A stretch of 57,429 nucleotides of DNA, filler included, from Sphacelaria rigidula (Eukaryota): assembly GCA_964200075.2 (NCBI GenBank). It is 8 parts of 8 records of this genome, joined end to end, with 100 filler letters (N's around TTAATTAATTAA, not from the genome) between each part and the next. Parts side by side here need not be neighbours in the genome. Positions count along the whole stretch, not along the records: positions 35,957 to 43,047 come from CAXNAA020016532.1; positions 43,148 to 50,238 come from CAXNAA020016533.1; 6 more parts are not named here. One strand, 5' to 3'. Under the pieces are notes generated by a model. The model ran no database searches. It had not been told where the DNA came from and saw only the letters and a list, made by a program, of their open reading frames with translations. Numbering within the stretch: the first letter of the stretch is position 1; the number at the start of each line of letters is the position of its first letter. The position numbers and the translations under genes are program-made. Shown here piece after piece: positions 37,636 to 47,726 of this stretch.

Positions 37636-38783
37636 AGCTCCCTATAGCTCGAGCTAGCTCTTTTTGAGCGTAGGTCCCTAGTGAGCTGATAGAGCTACGT
37701 GAGCTGCGCATGTTTTTCCTGGGGTGAGCTATGAGAGCTATATGAGCTACGCATGTTTACCGTACATGAGCTATCAACCTGTAGCTCATCAGCTCGTATT
37801 AGCCCTGAGTGAGCCATGGGAGCTGTATGAGCTACGCACATTTGCGATAGGTGAGCCACCAACCCGTAGCTCATCAGCTCAGATTCGTCCTGGGTGAGCT
37901 ATGAGAGCTGCTACGCATGTTTGCCCCGGATGAGCTATGAGAGATGCATGAGCTACACATGTTTGCCCTGGATGAGCTATGAGAGCTACGATTGCTAATC
38001 CCTTTGACCGCGAGGGTAGGAGGTCTCTGAATCGGCATCATTCACACCCAAAAAATCAAGTGAATTATGCTGATTTATCAGATCGTCAACCCTCGCGGTC
38101 AAAGGGCTAACCCCTTGACAGAGAGCATATGTCATCTTTTGAATCAGCTCCAATACTTAGAAAAACGTATGTATAACCAGATGGGCTAGTACCCTCGCGG
38201 CAAACCGATCAAAAGAAATGAATCGGTCGATTATTGTAGACACTGAATATGAATATTTTTTTCAATCATCCGACCAAGCTAACGGGGATATGTTGGTTTA
38301 CTTTCTTCCTATCGCGAAGAGTGAGGCAAAACATCACAACCTCATGATATGTGGCACCATCCGTTCGAACAAGAATGTTGCATCATAAGCGACATGGGGT
38401 GGGTCAGCGACGAGCTAGGGTCAGCGACGAGCTAGGGGCATATGACGTGAATGAACCACGACCATGTGTCCCTGGGGTGAGCTACCGGGCGTAGCTCGTC
38501 CGCTCATGTTTTCCCCGGATGAGCTGTGAGAGCTACATGAGCTGCACATGTTTGCCCTGGCTGAGCTATCAACCCGTAGCTCATCAGCTCGTATTAGCCC
38601 TGAGTGAGCTATGGGAGCTGTATGAGCTACGCACGTTTGCGATAAGTGAGCCACCAAGCCGTAGCTCATCAGCTCAGATTCGTCCTGGGTGAGCTATGAC
38701 AGCTGCATGAGCTACACATGTTTGTCCTGGGTGAGCTAAGCTCAGCGCATGCTTACCTCGTGTTGAGCTATCGGACGCAGCTC
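37636..38783. repeat. AGCT-rich complex tandem repeat, interrupted by MITEs
   Basis: Dozens of GAGCT/TAGCTC motifs; block of about 37745-37910 recurs at about 38540-38705. Confidence 0.8.
38000..38106. mobile_element. piggyBac-like MITE (family of 15088-15185), followed by a degenerate second copy to about 38203
   Basis: Perfect 18-bp TIR CCCTTTGACCGCGAGGGT / ACCCTCGCGGTCAAAGGG; flanks CTAAT/CTAA. Confidence 0.75.
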
Positions 38784-39351
38784 ACATGTACATATTTGAC
38801 TACGTGTGCATTTTCGTCGACGAACAAAATCGTGACGATTTGAACAAAATTGATGTCAAATTTTTCGAACGGGCAAATTTGTTTTAAAAAAGGCGCTCAA
38901 AATCAGGAGACAGTTCAAGATCCTGAATGCTTGAAGACTTGTTCAAAAACTGGCCCAAGAATTAAAAATGGGACATGTCATGTTTTACTATATTACAGCA
39001 CTACACACACGGCTGTGCTACACCCGTCACTGCACTGTGGTGTGATTGGACCTTGCAAAAACTGTCTGGTCTCTGCTGGTATCATTACTCAGGCGTCGAT
39101 TCGCCCCCCATTCTTCCCGGGCTTGTTCTTCTCCGTCGCATCGGCCCTTCAAAAAGGGTTCAGGTCCACGGTCAAAATACTGGCAACAGCCCAACTGCCA
39201 TAATTTTTCTTCAACTGAGGGAACGGAAGCAGTTTGTATGGGGCAGAGTTTTTCAGCGTGCTCCGACAGGTTTTGATTATTTTTGTCGCAATGCACGATG
39301 GACAATAGATGCGTCTGTACAGCACAACAAAACGAAACGGGCCCATCATAC

Positions 39352-39460
39352 CTTCCTTTCTGTTTCCAGCATGATCCTGTCCACATTGAGCCTGCTGCGC
39401 CCATTGGAACACACGTATACCGTGTGCTCCGCCAGCCCGTAAGTCGGGAATATCACCCCC
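39352..39460 (-). CDS. FAAL-like enzyme, exon 2
   Basis: TAG|g-GVIFPTYGLAEHTVYVCSNGRSRLNVDRIMLETERK|GTATGA; YGLAE adenylation motif. Confidence 0.9.
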
Positions 39461-40894
39461 CTATGCAGAATAAAAGAACAAAAGAAAGATCCAAATTAAT
39501 GTAGGCAACATGTGTAGACCTCAAGTGTTCCATATGTTCACCTCTTGTGCTCCATGTGGTGAAACGCGACTGGATTCGTGACGTATCAGTCATGATGCAA
39601 GACATCCAGTCCAGTGCATCATGTGCGGCTGACACACGGAAAACAAGCACACATACTTCAGCTCTGGCCAGTCCCAGACACCCTCCGTACGCATCGAAAA
39701 AAACAGCTCTTAGAACATATTGTGTGGGATGTAGAACCTCGAATCCGCGCAGAGGCGATGATCGGAACACGTGGTTTGTTGAAATGGTGAGACACCCATG
39801 AGGTAGTGGCTGTATCTGAAGGTGGCGACAAAAGAAAATAAAGCAACTCTTTGTAGGCTGTCACCCATGTGCAAGATAATAGAGAGTTTCGGAAACACAG
39901 GTCAGAACTCAGCGATGAGGAAAAACTCAGGGACCATCAAGAAAGTTGGGATTGAAAGCCAGGATATGACGAATTCCCCCAGGTAAACCCCGAAAAATGA
40001 ACCTCGAGAACAGATATGCGCAGCAACTCAGGATAAATTTCAAAATTTTAAAATAAACCCTGAGTTGGTGAACACCCCAAAGGGTTGATGCCACACTCAG
40101 GGGTATGAAACGGAACTCGACACCCTGCCCCATAACGACCAAGCTTACGGAACACAGCCGTACCGTGCGTAGGACAAATATCGTAAGTGAGTCGATGGCG
40201 AATGCCATGAACGCCCGCGACAGCGCTGGTGATGAAATCTCGTTCACGAGGGTGAACCAAGACTACGACGAGCATTTGGAAGCGAACGGAGGAGTCGAGA
40301 CACCAGTCGATCTGGCTTATGATGATGCGAAAGGGCGGGAGTCGGCCGCTCAAGCAGCTGCTACGAGGACTTGACAAAACGGCCACCCAACGTGAAGCTT
40401 GCGTTCGCTCGCGCAGGTACACCACCGTTGTGTGGACATTTTGTCGAGATTCTCGTAGCGTCTGCATGAGTGGCCCACTTGAGCCCTTCCACGTCATCTT
40501 TAGCCAGGTCGACAGGTATCTCTGTTCCCCTGTTCGCCTCCACGCAGCTAGGATTACTGCATATAGTGAACCTTCATCGGGAACTACTGTACTTTCTCAT
40601 AGTATGCAAACGTACACACACGGGCATGCTCACACTTTTACTTTAGACAGTAGTACAGTACACACCACTTCACTTACTACAGGAAGCACACAAAACTGTC
40701 TTTAGACAGCACAGTCAGTGCAACAACAGTACTACAACGGTACAAATCTCAGGTGTCTCAACTCAATAGTGCTGTACGACACACCGACATGTGCAGGACT
40801 TCTGAACGACAAGCGGGCGCCGAGGTGCACTGCCCTTGTACCCAACGCTGTGTAGTGTGTCGGGTTCGTATTCGGAGGCTGTGTTGACGATAAT

Positions 40895-41110
40895 GTGTGT
40901 GAGTTGTTCCACTTATTCTGGACGCCGGTCTACACCTCGCGGTATACGTGGGCGCACCAGCCGGGGTCACACAGGAGGAGGGCCAACACAGTAATTTCTT
41001 CATTTTTTGTTTGTTTTCAGTACTCCACCTTTCTTTTGCGGTGCTTGCCTGTATATTTTATCGCGAGAGGGGTTCATCAGTCCTCTTCTCTCGTCGATCG
41101 TTAAGTCGAA
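40895..41110 (-). mobile_element. SINE family 1, 3' portion
   Basis: CTGGACGCCGGTCTACACC...CCAGCCGGGGTCACACAGGAGGA matches 12050-12240. Confidence 0.75.
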
Positions 41111-41767
41111 TATACTGCTGTCGCGTATTCAACGGTACGGGGACAGCATAAACAACTAAAGTCATGCTAGGATAGGACGGGGGGTATTGTGGGCCGTTGC
41201 TTCCACTAAGTTCAACTTTGAATCGATTTTAGGAGCAACGATCTTCAGAACGGGCGTGTTTCCAAAAAATAACGCTCATTCATACTGCTTGACGCCATTT
41301 TACCCAAATACACGCGCACGGCGAGTGTGTCGGATAGTCCGAAACACTATTGTCTTTTTCCCCTGGAATCAAACACGCAACCTATGGCAGCACGGCTCTT
41401 TATGTACTCTCCTGCGCTGCACGGGTAACACCGCATGGGTGGGCGCAGAATACAAGCGCAGAAAAGCACGCCGCGACTTGTACCTTTTGAACTCATGACA
41501 CCGACCACGTGACATTCGGAACAGAAAATACAAAACCCTGAAAAGTTCCCCACGGTTCACACCCACGTCGTGAAAAAAATAAAAATAAACCTGGGGTTTG
41601 AGCGTAAACAAGTCGTTTCTGACTGTTATCCCTGAGTTCAGATTTTTTTCCCGAAACTCTTCAATCACTAGACTTTGGGTCAAACAATCTCAAGAGGACG
41701 CAGGTTACTCTTCATGCGACTCGCCGACCATCATGGTGCTCTACGCTTGGCGATTGGTTGTAAGCCT

Positions 41768-41880
41768 GGTGCGGTGAAAACCCGGCGTGCTCAGCCCCGG
41801 CTTTGTAGGGAGGCGAGGGCGGTGTTCTCACGACTACCGCATGCAATTTCATGATTAGAGACCCCCCGCCCCCCCCCCCC
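41768..41880 (+). mobile_element. C-tract-associated short repeat, subfamily B
   Basis: GAAAACCCGGCGTGCTC...CGGCTTTGTAGGGA...CATGATTAGAGA then (C)n. Confidence 0.7.
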
Positions 41881-41920
41881 TCGAAAAAACAGGGTACACT
41901 TGTACAAAGTTTTGACCAAC

Positions 41921-42087
41921 CTCTTCAGTCCATGTGCCTCGAACACCGCGTAAAAGCGGTCAATCGATTGAGCATCCACCGGCTCCGCGGCGTTGATCAT
42001 ATGCCGGACGCAAGAGAGGTCAAGCTGCGGCTGTTCGTCGAGAGCCAAGAACTTGCGTGCCGTGAGCCCATACGCGAAGTTGGGAGC
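41921..42087 (-). CDS. FAAL-like enzyme, exon 1 of 4 seen
   Basis: CAG|APNFAYGLTARKFLALDEQPQLDLSCVRHMINAAEPVDAQSIDRFYAVFEAHGLK-ag|GTTGGT; PNFAY, LDLS and AEPV motifs. Confidence 0.9.
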
Positions 42088-42354
42088 CTGCAGTTTTTAT
42101 GCAGCCAAAGAGAGAGGGAGGGGGGGGGGGGGGTCAGGAAAAGGTCGGCATATTTATTCTTGACGCGTCGAAACATGTGCCAGTATTGTTTTTCCCTGGA
42201 CAGGGGCGCGTCCACGCACGTTAATCGTGAGTAATTTTGTATGAGAAAGGAACGTTGGAATCGCACATGGGGATGAGGCAGACAGATTTCACTCAGGTTC
42301 GGCGCAGAAATTCGATTGTTGACAAATAGTTCGCTGTTGTCCAACCCCAACCGC

Positions 42355-42665
42355 GCCACGCCCCGGTGGTGTAATCAATGGTCCGACTTTCGCCATCTGG
42401 GTAAAGAGAACGAGGGTTCGATTCCCGACACGTTGCGTTTTTTCTTTGCAATATCTGATTTCCACCGTGGAAAGCGTGAGAACGTGAATAAACAAAGCAG
42501 TCGACTAGGGTTGTTTGACGGGAGTTGACGCGGTGCGGGAGTGCTGATAGTCATGACCCAATCCGCGAGACCGAAATGCAAGGCGTGTACCGGGGAGAGA
42601 TGGCTTGATCCCCTGAGACCGTTAGACCACGGACTCGTCCCGAGGAAGGGGAGGGGTTTAAAGTG
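42355..42665 (+). mobile_element. tRNA-derived SINE, family 2
   Basis: GCCCCGGTGGTGTAAT..TGG A-box, GGTTCGATTCCC B-box, body shared with 14384-14548. 3' end approximate. Confidence 0.7.
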
Positions 42666-42925
42666 CAACAAAAAATTAAGAAAAAAAAATACTCCGTAGT
42701 AAAATGACCCAAATCCCACACAAGACGGTGATTTTCAGACCCCGACTCTCTTCCATGGTCGAATGGGAAGGAGCAGCCTTGCAGTACATACACACCATCA
42801 GGACACAACGACACGGCTGTCCAATCACCAACACCGAAGCACAGTACTTACTTACACCGACAGAAATCCTTCACGATTCTGTTCAAACATACGGCTCAGT
42901 CCGTTTCATTAGAAACCCGCGAACG

Positions 42926-42973
<48 letters not shown>

Positions 42974-43160
42974 CTCCCCCCCCGTTCCCCCCCCCCCCCC
43001 CCCCCCCTTCCCCCCCCTTCCCCCACCACCGCCCCGCCCCCCCCCCCNNNNNNNNNNNNNNNNNNNNNNNNNNNNNNNNNNNNNNNNNNNNTTAATTAAT
43101 TAANNNNNNNNNNNNNNNNNNNNNNNNNNNNNNNNNNNNNNNNNNNNATACCCTTCTGCA

Positions 43161-43341
43161 AGCTTGTTTTTGCGTCTGGAGGGCCGCGCATCCCTCCGGA
43201 GGCATTTTGCTGTCCCCAAAATTCTCCGGCGGGGTGCGCGGCCCTCCAGGGCGGTAGTCTTTCTTCTCTTCAGAGGGATTGAAGGCCTCCGGAGGCTTGT
43301 TTTGCCTCTCGAGGGCCGCGGATCCCTCCGGAGGCATTTTG
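43161..43341. repeat. Direct repeat of about 48 bp with CTCCGGAGGC motifs
   Basis: GCTTGTTTT..GAGGGCCGCGxATCCCTCCGGAGGCATTTTG occurs twice. Confidence 0.7.
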
Positions 43342-43942
43342 GGGGGTAGCCGAATGGCCGCGTGTGCATGCACCTGTTGGAATGATGTGGGATGAATGTA
43401 AGCAACTGTCAGTCAGCACAAAGCAGCAATGCAAACCTAAGATTGGATGCATATATATATATATATATATATATTCGCTGTGAGATTCGTTGTAAGGAGG
43501 CTTTAAAATCGCAACGGAGTCACATCGCGTGTCAAGTATCCCAAACAGCATTCGCCGCTATAATGGACGCTATTTTCGTGTTCGGACCTCGCCCGCGGCG
43601 TGACCACCACCGCATCGAACGGAGTACAGTACAGACACTAGAGCGGCAGACCTCTACGACGGGTGGGTACATTTGTCTATGCGCGTTTTTAGACGGTTTT
43701 TGGCCGACCACCACAGAGCGACCACCACCGAATGCCAGAAAGCAGCTCTGTTGGATAAAGGCGTCTTCCTCTTCTCCGATTATACGTATTCGTATGCAGA
43801 GTGTACCGCACATCAGCCGCGTTTCACGCAGTATGCGCCGTCTCTGCTCTGCAAACGCGCGACGCGACCTGTTCTCGCGGGGCGGATCTCGGCCATTCTG
43901 TTCGTGAACTTGCGGCGTATGATTGGTTTCTTGTGCTCCCAC

Positions 43943-44210
43943 GAGTAATGCTACGGTAGGGGCGCACAAGTAGTTTCTGAGGTTGGAATTGTTATTTGGA
44001 GCCCTTTAATGTCGTCCAAAACACGACTTAAGAAACATGTGAGAATACGCCACGATTACTGTCCCAATGTGCCATGATAGCGATATCTCGAATGAATTTG
44101 CAAACGGAGAGGCCCTGACCCATGTTCTTGTGCGTCTAGAATCGTGAGGAGCCCCCGAACCAGACGAGAGTTTGCCCAGAAGAAGTCCACCCGTAAACGT
44201 AGCATTGCTC
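43943..44210. mobile_element. 268-bp MITE with GAG...CTC ends and 4-bp TSD (Sola-like)
   Basis: CCAC-GAGTAATGCTACG...CGTAGCATTGCTC-CCAC. Confidence 0.7.
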
Positions 44211-45069
44211 CCACAGGAGATTTGGAGGAGGACCGCACAAGTGCAGGTTTTCGTGTGGGACGTTCAGTGCTGAGTATCCAGATCTAAAAACAACAGCTCT
44301 GTTCGATGCAGGCGTTTTTGTGAACCGAGGCTGGGGGAAAATCCTCAGCGAGTAGCCCAGTAGGGATGCGCCTCGAAACTGGTGAGGCGAACGGACACCG
44401 CGTGGGAGTTGCCGAGACAATCTATTTTGTTTTGCTCACATAGCCTCTGGTCCCTTGATGGGCACCCTCACAGTTCTTGAGGGAGCCAGAAATCTCCGAA
44501 GAGGGGAGGTATACACGAAAAACGATGACCGCCGAAACGTTGGGCAAACTCGCATCGCCTCGCTGTGGTGTAATCTGTCGCACGTGTCTTCGCCTGCGTA
44601 CGGTGGTTCGGTGGTTCGCCTGTCGTCTGCTCAGCATGTGTTTCGCTATATCAGTAAATACACGGGTGGTCGCTGGCACACGTTACGGCACGTTATCCGT
44701 ATTTCGGAACACGTACCTAAGCTGTTGACAAGTTGAACAGCATGCGTACAGCATGAACCGGTTCGCAAAACACACACATATATATATATATACATATATC
44801 CCAGCCTACAGGCAAGGTTTGCTGGGGTTACACAACGTGACAACAACGCGTGCGATAACAGTTCGATTCATGCTGAACACACGTTTTTTTCCAAAATCCA
44901 AAACGTATCATCACCTATGATGGGTTCCGCTTCAAAGTGCGCATAATAACGTGTACCACTCAGGGGCCACCTGTGTAGTTTTTTTCCGCCATGTTCGTTA
45001 CAAGCGCACCACGGTCGTCGCTAACACGCCCCTCAACTCCCACCCATACCCCAACCAAGCGGTTATGCA

Positions 45070-45328
45070 GAGCAATGTTACGGTAGGGGTTCACTTTTGC
45101 GCAAAATGTTGTCTGATGCAGGGGCTCCAAACGGCTTTAGATGCACAAGAATATGGGCCAGGGCATCCCCGTTTGCAAATTCATTCGGGATATTCCTAGC
45201 ACATTGGAATAATAATCTTGGCGTACACTCACATATTTCATAAGTCGTGTTTTTGGATGAGATGAAGGGCTCCCAACAGTCCTACCCTCAGAAAATATTT
45301 GGGCACCCTTAGTATCGTAGCATCACAC
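45070..45328. mobile_element. Second copy of the Sola-like MITE, inverted relative to 43943-44210
   Basis: Reverse-complement similarity over about 200 bp; flanks TGCA/TTCA. Confidence 0.7.
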
Positions 45329-46615
45329 TTCAACCCTCTCCCGCTTACCCAGCTTCCGAAGACGGGCTTGTCAGAGAATACAGAGAGACGTTACACCCTT
45401 CCCTGAATTTCCGGACGAGCAAAACACCGTGCTACGCTTCAATGTTTTCAGAAGGAAACACTCCAGGAGTCGACAGTAGTGTACTTCACTGTGTGACAGG
45501 AAAACGCTTGCCCCCAGTTGACGACGTTGACGGGCTCCGCAAAAGGTTGCACTGCGACGACATCGTGAGGTTTTGTGCAGTTACTGTACTGACTTCAGGA
45601 GGAAATAATTTAAAGGTTTACGATATGCCGCGACGTGCGATTGATTCCCCCCCCCCAAAAAAACGATATGCCAGGATATAAAGGACAAGAACCGCGAGGG
45701 CGTTTCTTTCGATCTAATTTTTGGCCACGTTCGAGACAGTCAACACGCCGAGGCCCTCCGACAGGTGAGGGAAGCACAGCGCCTTCACCAGTCTTCAGCT
45801 GGAGCTTGTACGACGCACAAATTTTTCAAGCATGCAGTAGAGTATCCGGCGGTTGTTACAAGGTATCGGTACAGTACGATGTCAACACCATCAGCAGCAG
45901 TCGCGAGCACGGGTAACCGAAGGCCCGGTGTGCAACGTGCAGGCGACCTTGGATGGTGTGAACAAGAATACAGAAACCCTTTTTCACGATTGTCCCCCGG
46001 ATCGAAGCGCTCTCGGAAAAATCCGCATTATGTTTTCGAGAATCCCCCAAAACAGTTCTCGAAAACTGATCTATGCTTCACCTGAGCATTTTTTGCTCCC
46101 AACCTTGTTAGGCTTCGGGCACCACACCGACTCGTTAACCTTCGAATACGCAACAGATGGCCACCCTCCCGAAAAAACAGCCGTTAGAATGTCAAATTAT
46201 GCAGCAGGAGACGGTAAGATCAGTGAGTGGTTAGACCAGCATCCGCAAAATACAAGAGCAGGCGGTTCATGTGTTGAGCGGGCGTGCCATCGGTCATGGT
46301 AGGAGCAGACATAGCGCGGCACAACGTGCATTGTTTGTGTTGATGGAGGGAGGGCACCAGCAGGCAGCAGAATAGAAGAGAGCACAGCACGCCTGAAACG
46401 AAGCAAACAGGTGAGGCGAGCAGGATTATAAGGCTCATTTTCAAGATTTTTCCCCAGATCAAAACGTAACGGTCTGATTTACTTCGCGGTAAGATAATCT
46501 GATGCCATCGTCACGGGCACCACGTGGTGGTTACAGGGGATTTCACCACTAGACCGAGTAGTCAGCGCTGACGTATACTTCTTTGTACCCCGACCTTGCT
46601 ACATCATCTCTACCG

Positions 46616-47083
46616 TCATGGGCGAAGTCTCGATAGTTCTTCCATGCAGGCCGATGGGAGAGGGGTGTAATCATGATCTTGCATCCCGTAGTCAAAAGAC
46701 CATTGACCTCGTATCTCTACAAAGCCGGGACGGAGCACGCCGGGTTTTCGCCGGGCCAAGCTCGATGGGGGAACGCAAACCAAAGCTGGGCTCTCTCCTT
46801 TTACGTCTTCTGCCAACGAACAAAAATATTCGTCCTCTGCAAGCGCCTCCTCGATCATCAGGTTTGTGCTGCCTCCCGCCTCCGGTTCGGCTGCTGCGGT
46901 GATCAGGTCGGTCATCTCGAATTTTTCCTCAGTCATTCCAGACAGCACTGTTTCCGCTTCCGCTCTTGCCAGCAAGAGATCCTCTGCGGGCGCCAGCAAG
47001 AATTCGTCTACCTCGTCTATCGCGGTTTGTAACCCTTCCCGATCAACTGCCGCTCTTGTCGCACCGCGCGTGCGACCCGCCAT
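46616..47083 (-). CDS. Hypothetical acidic ORF (MAGRTRGATRAA...), possibly transposon-derived
   Basis: Open, protein-like frame from CAAATGGCG; no recognisable domain; carries an in-frame repeat insertion. Confidence 0.35.
   Translation of the reverse strand: MAGRTRGATRAAVDREGLQTAIDEVDEFLLAPAEDLLLARAEAETVLSGMTEEKFEMTDLITAAAEPEAGGSTNLMIEEALAEDEYFCSLAEDVKGESPALVCVPPSSLARRKPGVLRPGFVEIRGQWSFDYGMQDHDYTPLPSACMEELSRLRP
46659..46762 (-). mobile_element. C-tract-associated short repeat, subfamily B, with 7-bp TSD
   Basis: CGATGGG direct repeat at 46652-46658 and 46763-46769. Confidence 0.8.
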
Positions 47084-47155
47084 TTGAGGAGACAGAGACA
47101 ACTCATCGTTGAGCGCACGACGGCGCGGCTCTGTGCTTGAGAGTTCAGGAGCTAC

Positions 47156-47189
<34 letters not shown>

Positions 47190-47257
47190 ACACAGCCCGC
47201 GGTGAAGCGGAAAAAACCAAAAGACAAAAAAAAAAAAAAAAACACCCNNNNNNNNNN

Positions 47258-47330
47258 TCTCGAAAGGGATGCGTGGTCAATGGTCAAACGACTAAGGCAA
47301 GCAACAAATGAGTACGCCCCCCCCTCCCCC
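47258..47330 (+). mobile_element. C-tract-associated short repeat, subfamily A (next to 10-N gap 47248-47257)
   Basis: TCTCGAAAGGGATGCGTGGTCAATGGTCAAACGACTAAGGCAAGCAACAAATGAGTACG then (C)n. Confidence 0.85.
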
Positions 47331-47667
47331 GTCGTTGTGCTTGGGGGTGTCGACGGTTGTCGGCGGCAAGGATGACGGGGTGGTTGACGGTAAGGGTGCC
47401 TGTGAGTGTGGTGTCGGCGGTGTGGGTGACTACTCTGTCGGCGTTGTTAGCGTTTCAGGAGGCGATGGCGTAGGCGACGCTGCTGATGATGGTGTTGCCG
47501 GCGCTGCTGTTGTCGACGTGGATGGTGGTATCGTGGGCGCCACCGACGACGGCGGTATAGGGGGCGCCGAGCCCCGATCATCGATGGGATCTTAAACGGG
47601 GTCTGTGAAATCGTCCCGCCTTCCCCGCCTCCGCAAGTAGACGGTGAAGTCACACATCCCCCCCCCC

Positions 47668-47726
47668 GTCTCGAAAGGGATGCGTGGTTAATGGTCAAAC
47701 GACGAAAGCAAGCAACAAATGAGTCC
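47668..47726 (+). mobile_element. C-tract-associated short repeat, subfamily A
   Basis: Preceded by (C)n; abuts the Gypsy LTR. Confidence 0.8.

Noticed and set aside
37636-38783. CRISPR-like array
   Set aside because: No constant repeat with unique equal-length spacers, no cas genes, eukaryotic context.
43943-45328. Single 1.4-kb Mutator-like element with 200-bp TIRs
   Set aside because: Each arm has its own two termini and TSD-like flanks, so these are two MITE copies.
45440-46300. Degraded hAT transposase
   Set aside because: Only vague resemblance; no catalytic motif can be identified by eye.
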